Positions 14,462 to 27,690 of a DNA stretch of 64,000 nt are shown here, in pieces. Every line of letters starts with the position of its first letter. The stretch's first letter is position 1. The stretch covers positions 67,270,001 to 67,334,000 of the forward strand of contig OX597816.1 of the NCBI GenBank assembly GCA_951406725.2, read 5' to 3'. Source of the DNA: Octopus vulgaris (lineage: Eukaryota). The notes under the pieces were generated by a model. It was not told where the DNA came from, did no database searches, and saw only the letters and a program-made list of their open reading frames with translations. A program made the position numbers and the translations under genes.

Positions 14462-14830
14462 GGATCTTTTCGGTTTGAACGGCAGTTTTTAAAAATAATT
14501 TCTATGTAACTAAACACTTTTAAACTTCGTATACAGGTAGAATGTGTTTATAAAATATCTTTTTCTCTTGGCTTTCTTGAGAAAATTCTGTAGTTTGTAA
14601 GATATTTTCTTCAATTTTGGCAATTTCAATCAATCAATGACGTCTATTGAGGTGAAATTGCCGAAATGCAAGAAATTAAAGACCATATATCTTACAAACT
14701 ATAGAATTTTCTCAAGAAAGCCAAGAGAAAAAGATGTTTTATAAACACATTCTACCAGTATACGAAGTTTAAAATTTTTTAGTTACATAGAAATTATTTT
14801 TAAAAACTGCTGTTCAAACCGAAAAGATCC
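14462..14830. mobile_element. Foldback MITE with ~150-bp inverted arms and an 8-bp target duplication
   Basis: GGATCTTTTCGG...CCGAAAAGATCC ends; GAGATCTA at 14454-14461 and 14831-14838; half copy near 17160-17368. Confidence 0.85.
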
Positions 14831-15218
14831 GAGATCTATAATAAAGGTATAGAATCAGGCAGGACAGAGGCGAATGGATGATTTGCCGTGGGGGTGTGGA
14901 GCTTTTATTGGGACAACACATTTGGATCGTCCTGCGGGATATCCAACTGAATAAAATAAAATCACCCAGACACACTCCAGTCTCTGGTCCACAGGTGTAC
15001 TGGTGGCACTCTGACTGTTCTGTTGATACTATAATGGTCTTTGTTCCTTGGAGCTGGTTTATGGACTCTCCACTCAGACACTCATGCTCTTTCTGTTTCC
15101 CCTTTTCCTCTCAACATTATTGTGTCTAATCTCCTACGCCCAACACTAATAAATACACCAAGTTTTTTCTTCCCAGATGTTGGCCCTCTGGAATTCCTTC
15201 TCTGCTCACATCTTAACC

Positions 15219-15263
15219 ATACATACGTACATGCATGCACGCATACATACATACATACATACA

Positions 15264-15295
<32 letters not shown>

Positions 15296-15424
15296 CACAC
15301 ATGCATACACACACACACATACATACATACACACACACACACACGCACACATACATACATACATACATACATACATACATACATACATACATACATACAT
15401 ACATACATACATACATACATACAT
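15219..15424. repeat. (TACA)n/(CA)n microsatellite; second array near 15905-16016
   Basis: Direct inspection. Confidence 0.95.
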
Positions 15425-15554
15425 GTATCCGGATGAAAATTTACTTCCTCTGCTAAGGGAATTATTGCCTAGGTTCCAATGTCTTTTTATCAAACCTCAT
15501 TTATGAATTTCTTATCAAATTCGTATGAATATATGTAAGCAAATGATCGTTATC

Positions 15555-15890
15555 AGAATTAATTCAATAAACGGAGTTCAATAAATGTCATCAAATAAAA
15601 GAGAAATGAAGCAGATTTTGTTGTTAATGATGGATTATTCATTTATTAAATTATATCTCAGACAGCTGTTTCTGTCAAAAAGACCATGATATCATGACAG
15701 AAACAGCTGTCAGATAATTTAATAAATGAATAATCCATCATTAACAACAAAATCTGCTTTATTTATTTATTTTTATTATATTTTATTTTATCTAGTTTCA
15801 GCTCACGAGCTGTGGCCATGCTGGGGCACCGCCATTTCTCTTTTATTTGATGACATTTATTGAACTCCGTTTAATGAATTAATTCTTATA
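15555..15890. repeat. AT-rich palindrome between two (TACA)n arrays, with a SINE fragment in the right arm
   Basis: Arms aattaattcaataaacggagttcaataaatg...gacagctgtttctgtca / tgacagaaacagctgtc...catttattgaactccgtttaatgaattaatt. Confidence 0.75.
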
Positions 15891-17363
15891 AAGATCATTT
15901 GCTTACATGCATGCATGCATACATACATGCATACATACATACATACATACATACATACATACATACATACATACATACATACATACATACATACATACAT
16001 ACATACATACATACATAGGTGGAAGATTTATAATTATTTAAAAAAATGGAAGAAACATACGTACGTACATACATAAATATATATAATGTTTTCAACATTT
16101 GAAGTTTCATTGTGTAAGGAGCTATTGTCATCATTGTAATGTTTATGTATAAATAAATGGTTTCCTCGAAAAATTAAAATGGACTTGCTTTTAATATAGG
16201 TAACAACATGCAGCCTAATCTGGCCTAAACACACTATCCAGAATCCATCTCACCAGTTCTAAAAAGGAATCCCAGAGGATTAGAGCTCTGGGAAGAAAGG
16301 ATTTGGCATGCGAGATCGGCGAATAAAAGGCATAACATATGTGTATCAATGATGCTCTGGGTCAGATGTATTTCTCACGAGGTGTGGTTAGCACTTGTCA
16401 CGATTGAATGAAAGATGTGAGATAATGATGGTTGAGATGGCTTCAAGCTGCGTATGATGAATGCCCAGGCACTCGTGAGCAGTAAACAGAATTTTATTCA
16501 TCGCATAAAATGTTTTCCATTGTGGTGTTGAATTAAAAATGAAACAACAAAGTTTTCTCATTGAAAGGGCAATTCTGTAGTTATTACAAATAGTTAGGTA
16601 GGCTTTGTAAATAAGCTACCACACGACAAGAGTAAATAGCACGCTGGGTTCACGATTGCAAAACTGTTGCTGCTGTAGTTGTTGTTAAGCAACAAGACGG
16701 GTAAGGGTGATTAGGTGATGGTCTAGGGCTTAGGGGTGGGAAACCCCAGACCTTGGATAAAAAAAAAACTTTGGTCGTCTTGCTGTAGTCGAGGGCTCTT
16801 CATTGACGCCCGACACCACTGGGAGGTGGCCCTCGAAGTCGCTGGAAATGGAGATCTCCAGGTCCAAATTCTTGGACGGCCGTTGCTGCTGTCTACACGG
16901 TCGAAAAAGGACTGTTAAATGCAGCAAAATGAGAATGTGGTTTGCTTGGCGACTGTAGTCCACAAACTGAAATTTCGCGTCCAAAGCATGCTTATTTACA
17001 AGCCTTATTCGGGGCTGAAAGCTAAGGTAGTCCCATAAACCGACCTACTCTAACTTTGTATATATATATGGTGGTTGTCAACTCCTTATGCACAGTCTGG
17101 CCACCTCCTGTACCTGTCAACAACAAATAATTGTTGTTGACAGAGATCCGGAGATATTGTATTCACCTCAATAGACGTCATTAATTGGTTGAAATTGCCG
17201 AAATGCAAGAAATTAAACAACAAATAGCTTACAAACTACAGAATTTTCTCAAGAAAGCCAAGAGAAAAAGATATTTTATAAACACATTCTACCAGTATAC
17301 GAAGTTTAAAAGTGTTTAGTTACAAAGAAATTATTTTAAAAATCTGCCGGCCAAAGCGAAAAG

Positions 17364-17951
<588 letters not shown>

Positions 17952-18659
17952 TAAACAATATGTAAAAAAATAAATTCATTGTTTCTGTTATTCTCTATGA
18001 AAATTATATTATAACTGATTTTAAATGACTTGAAAGATTGTATGCTACGATATTTGGAATTTGATTTAGAAAACATTAAGGAATCAGAGTAGATGTGGAA
18101 GAAGATATTTTTGATATATAAATACATTTGTGACGTTCATACTTTCTGAAAAGAGATAAACATCATAAAAGAACTGGTTACTAATAGGAATCGAAACCGG
18201 GTGGTGAATTTGGTTCTCTAAGCTCTTGCACAAAATATCCGGCTCACGCCATGCGGAAGAAAAATTGTTGTGCTTATATCACCGTTAATCGAGATATGAA
18301 CGACCGGTAAGATATTTACAGCAATAGACTCAATAAACTAATAAATAATTGATAATAAAACAACAGAAAATAATTAAAAATGCAATCTCAATATATATTT
18401 TACTAACTAATTTTATAATGCTCTTATATAAAATTTATAAACTTTGTATTACTGTATGCAACATGGTAATTAGATTGCCTATGATTTTAAACCAAAAGTT
18501 TTGTATTTAATAAACCATGTGGCTGAATCGCTGCTAGCTTCGTATTTACCTTCCCATATTTACCCGTATCTGATGTATTGAGTGGTTAAATTAATAAAAA
18601 ATTTAATTATTTTTAAATTAATTAAAATAATTAATAAATGCAAGTATTTTTTTTCTTAT

Positions 18660-18985
18660 ATAAGTGCGAGACGCATTTATCGCGCATCATTATAGCTATA
18701 CGGTAACTTCCGGTTTAAGACCCACATGGTACACAGGGAGCGATAGAGGCAAGACCGATAGTGTTCCCTATATTTTCTACCCGGTGTGTTGTTGCAGTAT
18801 GAAATACTGCTTAGTATTTACTATGTACGAAGAAAATAATGGTATCTTGCCGTTCGATGGTTTGAAGAAACGCCTTCCGTTCGGATATTGCAACAGTCAG
18901 ACATTATATATAGTGTCCCGTGGTGAATGAATGTCCTCATTGCCACTGTTTCTCCTCCTTTCTTGATAATTTGGAAGTTAACAGC
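18660..18985 (+). promoter_or_regulatory. Probable promoter / 5' UTR of the ICE1-like gene
   Basis: CpG-rich unique sequence after a very AT-rich tract; ETS-type ACTTCCGG near 18706-18713; directly upstream of exon 1. Confidence 0.5.
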
Positions 18986-19042
18986 ATGGACATGGACGAC
19001 TTGAACTCTTGGTTTGACTCTAACTATCAGAATGACTCCCAG
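18986..19042 (+). CDS. ICE1: ICE1-like gene, coding exon 1 (MDMDDLNSWFDSNYQNDSQ)
   Basis: ATG in agcATGg context downstream of a CpG-rich patch; perfect donor CAG|GTAAGT, phase 0, joins exon 2 in frame. The start codon choice is less certain than the exon. Confidence 0.7.
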
Positions 19043-19141
19043 GTAAGTACTGGAGATACTCGCGTACACACGTTTTATTCAGCTGTAACGTAAACACACA
19101 CACATATATGTACAACTACTGATGTAAATCAGTACACACAC

Positions 19142-19268
19142 GTGTGTATATATATTTATGTATGTATGTATGTATATATGTATGTATATATGTATGTATG
19201 TATGTGTATATGTATGTATGTATATATGTATGTATATATGTATATATGTATATATATATATATGTATG

Positions 19269-19299
<31 letters not shown>

Positions 19300-19389
19300 G
19301 TATATATGTATGTGTATGTATGTATATATATGTATGTATATGTATATATGTATGTGTATGTATGTATATATGTATGTATGTATATATAA
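19142..19389. repeat. Compound (TATG)n/(TA)n microsatellite in ICE1-like intron 1
   Basis: Direct inspection. Confidence 0.95.
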
Positions 19390-22300
19390 TCTACACACAG
19401 GTTTACGGCATTCTTTCGTTTAATGTTATATATCTGGAGTTGCGCGTGTAAAGCTTTGTGTGAGGTGTGTGTGTGTAAACAGTTATCCCACGGTCTAGCA
19501 TTCACGTATATTATAAGAAAAAATATAATAATTATTTCAAGTAATAATAATATTAATTATTATTTGAAAAGGCTAGTAATCTTAAGGGTAGAGGATTAGA
19601 GTGCATTATTTCATCCTCTTTACTTCAGTGGTACTTTATCGACCCCGGAAAACAAAGTTGACCTCGGAACGTAAAGAGCCGAAAAAATGCTGCCATGCAA
19701 TTTTTCCCGAGCCCTGGTAGCGAATTTTTTCACTAGTCCCTAATGTATTTTAAAATAAATTTCATTTTCTAAAATTGTGTGTGCTGGTAAAAAGTTTAGG
19801 GGAGCAGTCGAGCATAAAAACTACTTGACTCTCGGGGAAATGAAAGCAAAGTTGACGAATGTAGGATTTGAACTCAGAACGTGAAGAGCCAGAACAAACG
19901 AAAATTTTATTCCGTCAGGGACTCGAATGTATATAAGCCCCAATATATATTCCACTTCATAAATATACAGTCTCGGGAATATATTTATGAAATGTTATTT
20001 TTCTTACGTCATGTTTAAATTTGCCGCTTTACAGTCCCTTTCTCTTTTGATAGTTGTCATGCCCCCTAGTCAATCTTGATTGAGCAGGTCCTTGCATGAA
20101 GATATTCCAGACATGACAATCTCGCATTTTTGAATAACAGAACCTACATTGTTCAAAATATCCTTCGTTTTCCTTTTTAAGATCACAGAGTATGATTTGA
20201 GTTAAATTTTAGCTGGTATTTCTAGCAGGTCGAGCGTTTACGTGCCATCGTTAGCTCTTTCTCTATTGAGTTTTAAAGTTGCTAAACTTTCTCAATTGTT
20301 TGTGAACCTCTTTTTTTTCCCACTGAAAATGCCTTGTTTTCTTTTAATAACATTTACGTTATGAAAATTTTTACCCCCATCGCCCATTTTTTGCCTTCGT
20401 TTTCATTCTTACAATACACTATCATCCATTGTATTAAAATGAATGAACCGATAAAAGTAAGCACGAAACGTTCTCTTTCGTTTTTGCGATGAAGGCTTCT
20501 TTCTATGTAGTCGCTCGACCTTTTAGAAACTGCAGCCAAACCCCCATCAGATCATGTCATACCGTCTTAAATAATGAAGGGACGCATTCGAAAATGCAGT
20601 TGTATGTCCCTCTAAAGCAATGGTTCTCAACGATTTTTTGACTATGGCATCCTTTGATTCCTATTTTACTCAACTGCACCTCCTTTCATCATAGCCATTC
20701 AATGTTTAAAATATCCTATTATATTTTTATAATTAAATATTATTAAGAACTGTTTAAAATAATGTTAAAATAGTTTGTGTATTGTAGAACTATAAACTTA
20801 TTTACTGCATATTAATTTTTACAAGAAAATCTTATATGGGCCCTGGTTCAGAACCACTGCTCGAAAGTGACGTTATGGGCACCAGATGGAATGGTTTTGG
20901 CTGAAATGGGGACAGTAGTAATATTTAACAAGAGTAGTGTAAGACGTTGACAGTTCCTTCTATCTCAAACTTTGACAGGATCATTTCATCAGGGATGGGA
21001 AAACCTCCCCAAGAAGAAATTTTGTCTGCTTTCAAATTTGAATCTGCGGTGTCTCTTTAGACCTGTAGAAACAGTGGTTTAATCATTAGGCTCATCATCA
21101 TCATCCGTTTTCCGTGCTGGCATAGCTTGGACGGTTTGACTGAGGTCTGGAGAGCCAGTGGCTGCACCAGGCTCCAATCTGATCTGGCAATGTTTCTACA
21201 GCTGGATGCCCTTCCTAACGCCAACCACTCCGAGAGTGTAGTGGTTGCTTTCTACATGCCACCGGCACAGGAGCCAGTCAGGTGGGCCTAGCATCGACCA
21301 CGTTTGGATAGTGCTTTCTATGTGCCACCAGAATAGGAGCCAGTTGGGGGGAACTGGCCACAAAACAGTAATTTAATGTATTGTGCCACCAACATTTCTA
21401 ATGTTGGTGATACGATAAAATACATCCAGAACACTGAGTAATTTTTTTTTTATATAAAAAAATACTTTCTTTTACTAAGCAACATGTTTTAGAAGAAGTG
21501 AAGAAAATAACTAAAAGTATAAATGATCAAATTATCAAGAAAACATTCACAATTACCTTAATAAGGAAAAAGAGGAAGAAATTGGCTGGTAGTAGAACTA
21601 ACAGTGTAGGGTTGATAAAACATTTTAGCTGCATCGAGGATATGACAACCTCTGTTGTGCTGGTGCTATGGAAACAATACACCCAGTACACTCTGTAAAG
21701 TGACTGGCATTAGGAAGGGCATCAAAACAGACACCTTGCCAGAGATAGAACATACTGTAAGCCAGACATAGTCGTCTAACCTATTTTGGAGGGCAGTAGC
21801 TCAGATAATGACCACCTGTCTAATCCATGTCAGCATGGCAAATGGATGCAAAATGATCGTGATAATGATGCACAACTATGAATTCGTAAAATTAAAGATG
21901 CTTTTTTTTTTGTTTCTCAGCATAGATGTACACACCCCACCCCACAGGTGCTACAAAGGTTCCCTGTTTCTGCTCTGTATGGTCACTCAAATAGCAGCTA
22001 AATCTCCCTCAAAACACACCCCTACCACTTAATTTTAAAAGCAGAATAAACCATTAAATAATGTGGTATGCAATGCTTGAAAAATAGATGGTAAAGTGTT
22101 GGTTGGATTGCTTTTAATCACGAGTATTTTGCTCTATCAGGGCTGGCTTAGAGTTAAACAATTGTCTTTTATTTATCAGTTGGTAGTCTCACAGGTTAAC
22201 TTTCTGTGGGATAACTCTGAGACAGCTGTATTTCGTCTGCCGTTACATTCTGAGTTCAAATTCTGCCGAGGTCGACTTTGCCTTTCATCCTTTCGGGGTC

Positions 22301-25300
22301 GATAAATTAAGTACCAGTTACGCACTGGGGTCGATATAATCGACTTAATCTGTTTGTCTGTCTTTGTTTGTCCTCTCTGTGTTTAGCCCCTTGTGGGCAA
22401 TGAAGAAATAGGTATTGAACCTGAAATCATGCGGTTGGGAAGCAAATTTCTTGACTGCACCCCTGCATTTTAAGCCTCTCAATGAAAAAAAATTTTAAGA
22501 TGAAAGATCATCTGAAAGTGTGACGGGTTCAGTTTATTTCCACAGTATATATTTCAACATCCATAGTCCTTGTTATTACATGACACCCCCATCCCCCGCG
22601 CATCCATACTCATATGCAACACTTCTGAGCACTAGCACAACACGCTAATTTACTCTACCTCTCACACTGCAGTCATGGCTATGTAGTTATGTTAACTTAG
22701 TAACCATTTGGATCTGGTTGTGATCCCATTGCTTGGCACCTTAACCATGTATTGTAACTGTAGCCACAAGCTAACTAATACCTTGTGGGTGGAGATGTAT
22801 GTGTGTGTGTGTGTATGTGTTTGATACAACACTGTTGATTGGTAAACAAGTATTGATGTGTTACAATGTCTAATTTGACAATTCAATAAAGACTGAAGTA
22901 AATAGTTTAGAAATGAGCTATGAAAAACTCTTGAAAGTAATGGGACTCATGGACATAGCCCCAAAATTGGAACCTTCAAAAGGACATATGACAGGCTTCC
23001 ACACAGTTTCTATCTACTGAATTTAATTTGTAAATCTTTAATTAGATCAGAACTATGGTGAAAACACTTGTCTGAGGTGCCAAGAGGTGGGACCTAACCT
23101 AAAACCTTATGATTTTGAAATAAACAACCATGTAGGATTCTTTTAAGATATAAAACTGGATTGTTTTATTTATTTCACAAGAGATAAAGGGTCATTTGGT
23201 TGACTCACTCACCAGTGCACTATAATCACTGACCCACAGACACACTTTCTCTTCTGTCTACTATACAAATAGCCTCTGCTTCTCTGTTTCTACAAAGATA
23301 TACATGACCTAATGCATGTCTTCCACCTTCTCCTCCAGTCACTCCAATTGCATCACAGTCCAGATTCCTGTATACTAAATACTTACCTAATTCTTTCATA
23401 CCAATGTTGCAACACTATGGAATTTCCTTCTCTTCTACAGAGTTTTCCTTCAGGCATCAATCTTCAGATGCTAAAACTTAACATCAGTCCCTTCAGTTTC
23501 GCTTGTCTGGAATGAACACTGATTAATTGACCTTCCCCTCCACTTGCTAAACTCATCTTGGACTTGTATATACCTCTGGAACAGTTTTCCTGCTGAACAA
23601 TCAATCTGATTGACAAGAAAAGCTTAAAACTGGCCTGACTTCACCCAATTATTCTGATCTTTTAGTCTAGTGAAGTCTAAAACGGTTTTAAGCTCAAATA
23701 TTTTCAGGTTTTGAAACAGAAGGTCAGCTTTTGTGAAAACATTTTGCTGGGTGAAGAATGCTGGGTTATCCATCAAAGATTTCTACAACCTTTTATTCAG
23801 GAGTTAAAGCAGTGCTAATGACCCTTCACGGGGGCCTCTGCGACTAGTGGAAGAGAGAGAGAGAGTACATCCTCAAACTAGAGATGTAACCTGAGGTGTT
23901 TGCAGCACAGTGTAACCACTAAATGCACTCCATGTGGTAGGCAGTGGCATTAAACTAGGTAGCATAATCACAAGATTACTGAAATTGATAGAGATATTCA
24001 ATGTTGGTTGTGTGTTATTCCTGAGTTGTAGAATTGTAGTGTTATTAGGTGTTATGTCTTCATTGTAGTGTGTTGCGAACGTCAACATTCATTAAAGAAT
24101 GCACAAATTTGACGAACCCAGATCAAGTTAGGCGTTTCGGAATACAGGGAGATAACAACATTGATTGTAACCAGATTTATCTCCTCTTACATTAATTTGA
24201 TAACGAAGCAGTTGCTTAAAATTAAGATTTCTTGGCTTAACGAAGTTAATTCGATAATGATAAACATCACGTTGGTTTGGATGGTGTCTCATAATTTTTA
24301 ATCAGGAATTCATGATTTACAAACCGTGGTAGAGTAGGAAATCCTCCTCCTCCTCATCATCATCATCACCATCGTTTAACGTTCGCCTTCCATGCTAGCA
24401 TGGGTGGGACAGTTTCACAAGGGTCTGCAAGGCCGAAGCCAGCACCAGACTTCTGTGACTGTTTTGGCAGGATTTTTACAGCTGGATGCCCTTCTTAACA
24501 CCAACCACTCAGCAAAATGGACTTAGTGCTTTTTACGTGCCACAAGCACAGGCGAGGTCAGTTTTGGCAAGGTTTTAACAGCTGGATGTCCTTCTGAGTA
24601 CCAGTCATTTTGCAGTGTGGACTGGGTGCTTTTAAGTGGCACCTGCACTGACAGGGTCACCAAGTACTTGCAGGACAAAAAAAAATGCTTTCAAGAGGGG
24701 AGGAGGTGATCTTGCTTTGGATTATGAATAGTGAGACAGAAACATGTGTCTTGCTGTAGAGGAAGTACAAGGTTACCCAGCCAGAGAGAGAAAGATCAGG
24801 AATGAAGACAGGGAAGTGCAGGAGAAGGAGCGAGAGAGTGGGAGACAGCAGGATAGAGAAGGTGGCAAAATACCAGGCATACTCACAAGGAATGGGGATC
24901 AGAATATAAATGGGATGGTTGAGTAAAGGAACGGAGAAATATAGACGATGGCAAGTGCCAGGGCATACCCTTGAGGTTCAAATGCCAATATATAAGTGGC
25001 AGGATATTACGAAGGGAGTGTGATTAAAGAGTGCAAGTAAGTGGCGAAAGACCTGGGTATGTATAGAGTTGGTGGGGCTACTGGATAGCCTTGATATAGA
25101 GGAACAGGGGTGTGAGGACAGGATTGGGGAGTGAGAGCTAGGCATAGTGTATGAAGGAGTTACATGTGGGTAGAACACACAGGTTGGAGGCTAACAGATG
25201 GCAAATATAGAGTAAGACAGAACATGTGGGTAGAACACACAGGTTGGGGGAAAGCAGAGAGCAATGATACAATGGTACAGGGCCAAGAGGACAGGATTTA

Positions 25301-25734
25301 GTAGCTTGAGGTAACCAAAGTATATTGAAGCGGAAATGTGAGAAAGAGATGTAGAGACGTAGTTTGGTTTGTTGTAGTAAAGTGTGGGTGGGACACAGTG
25401 CTCCTAGAACTCAGTTTTGCTGATGTGGGCAAGTCTTCTCAAGGACTTCATATTTCCTGACATCTCAGTCCATTGTCATTTCCTCCGTAAGGCCCATCTT
25501 CCTGAAATTGGTCCTTACCTTTTCATCTCACATCTTCCTGGGCTTCCCTCTTCCACTTTCAGTGATCAGTACTTCTTTATGCAGCTGTTCTCATTCATAT
25601 GCATCACATGTCCAAACCAGTGTAGTCTTCTCTCTTGCATGCTACATTTGATTCCTCTTGTGCCCAACTTTTCTCTCAATACATTTGCACTTTGCTGTAC
25701 ATGTGCACCGATGTTGCACATCCAACAGAGCATA

Positions 25735-27690
25735 CTATGCCACCGTGCGGGACTGAGCCAAAGTGGCATAGTACCAAGGGTCTGTTATCTAAACACTACA
25801 TAACCAAAAATTTACTGAACATACGAATAAAAATTCATAGGGTAGGAAGTAAGGCCAATAAGAAGTTCAATGCAATGGTAAAAAGAAGACATCCAAGTTT
25901 ATTAAGTTCAGATTGCTTTTAGTTAATCCTGAAGCTCTCAAAAATTGTCGGCTGACGCATCTTCTTTTGGCGGATTTCATTCATTTCATTGTCTAGCCTA
26001 TCGCACGCCTGCATGACGCTGGGTTTTCTGCTGCTCTGCTGCTGCATAAACTTTTGGATAGTGCTCCATGCTCTCTGGGCATCTGCAAACGAAACGTATT
26101 CCTCTTCCACAATTACCTTGTCATCTTCACTTTCCACCGGCTCTTCGTTATGCATTACCTCCTTTGCTATTTCTTCTAGAGTGAAAGATCCTCCAGTTAC
26201 GAGGCGATCGTCAGCACTGAGAAAATCAAACAGCTCAATTGTTTCGTTCTCATGTGTCTTTTCCTCGGGAGGTAAAGCTTTCCAGATCTCGAGCAGCTCA
26301 GCATCCTCTGGCTCTATTTGTATTTCCTCTTCAATAAACTTGGCTTTCGCGAAACAGTTCTTAATCGTCAATTCACTGACCTGCTCCCATGCACGCCGAG
26401 CAACGTGCAGAGAGTTGAGCAATGTAAATTTAAACTCGTTTCCTTTGTCCATGGCTTCGAGACAGCGGGACAGCAAGAGCTTTTTGTAGTGGTGCTTAAG
26501 ATTTTGTATGATTCTTTGATCCATTGGTTGGGAATTTGCTGTCGTGTTGGGCGGAAAGAAGAGCATTTGGATGTTGTCCAAGTGGACGTCAGAAGGGTGA
26601 CCAGAGAAGTTATCGAGACAGAGCAACACTTTTCAGTTTTGCTGCCCGAGTTGTCCGTCCTACGTTTGTAATATTTCTTCAAAAATTTCTGCTGTCATCC
26701 ACGCCTTCGAATTAGCCTTGTACTTCACAGGAATCTCATTGTTCTTAAACACACGAGGTTGCTTGGAATTTCCGATCACCAGAAGAGGTAGCTTATTGCT
26801 GCCGCTTAAGTTTGCTCCGACCAAAAGAGTGATTCTTTGCTTGCTTTTCTTTCCCCCTGTGCACTGCACTCCCTTGAAAGCCATGGTCTTGTTCGGAAGT
26901 AGTTGCCAAAAGAGTCCAGTTTCGTCCAAGTTGAACACATCGTTCGCAGAAAACTGCCTGAGCAAGGGCCACAGAACCTCTTGTTGCCACTTAATAAGAG
27001 ATTGAGAATTCACCGCTCCAGTTTCGCCCTGCACTGTCTTGAACGTGATGGCGTGACGATTTTTGAAATTGTCTCGCCAACCGTTGCTTGCTCTAAAGTT
27101 CGGAATGTGCATAAGCTCGGCCAGTTTAATTGCTTTCTCCTTCAAAAGTTCACCACTGACCGGCAGATTCTGTCCTCTTGCTTGTTTCAGCCACATTAGC
27201 ATGCCATCATTGAGCTTCGGGTTGTGAGATTGCGTCAGCTTCATGCGCTTCGATGGAATTCCAACGTTGATGGCTGCCTCGATTGCATCCTTTTTGTTGA
27301 GAATGCCCCTCACCGTGATTCTCTTGACTTCGATGCCCCATTTCTTGCTCATTTCTCTAGCCAGCTTAGACTGGTTCGGCTCGTTTTTCACAGCATCGAT
27401 AATCTCCTTCTTTTCCCTCAGCGTAAACTCAGTCTGATTGCGTTTCTGAGCTGACATTGTGTGCTACTTTCTGAACTTTTCCACAAGATTACAAATACGA
27501 AATGTACAAAATGTAGGAGTACAAAATTTCGAAAAGTTGCGTGCGCTTCAGTTTACAAGTGGCATAGTAGCGAGAGTTGAGGGTGGCATAGTAAAAATTT
27601 TTTGTTTATTATTTGGCCGGGACCATGCAAAACTGGCATAGTAGCGAGAGGGGCATAGTAGCGAGGTGGCATAGTAGCGAGAGTTGACTG
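25735..27690 (-). mobile_element. pogo/Tigger DNA transposon, near full length, inserted at a TA inside an RTE LINE
   Basis: One end TA|CAGTCAACTCTCGCTACTATGCCAC (minus, at 27690); the other end keeps only the inner TIR (CTATGCCAC at 25735). Removing the element restores the LINE frame LERNEGN-MLCWMC. Confidence 0.92.
25919..27457 (-). pseudogene. Tigger/CENP-B-family transposase, 512 codons in one frame with two internal stops
   Basis: N-terminal HTH; ASNGW; catalytic motifs FNLDETGLFW / LCLDNFSGH / QPMDQ (DD30D spacing counted); C-terminal QPTIFESF resembles a PIP box. Stops TAG at 26660-26662 and TGA at 26633-26635. Confidence 0.92.

Noticed and set aside
15660-15715. GAAAC-containing palindrome centre suggesting a Penelope-type hammerhead ribozyme
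   Set aside because: No intact CTGANGA catalytic core found.
16240-16700. Faint LINE C-terminal motif SFLPRALILWDS on minus (similar trace near 23390-23430 on plus)
   Set aside because: Too degraded to bound or classify.
25989-27454. Plus-strand ORFs over the transposase
   Set aside because: Antisense shadows of the Tigger coding sequence.
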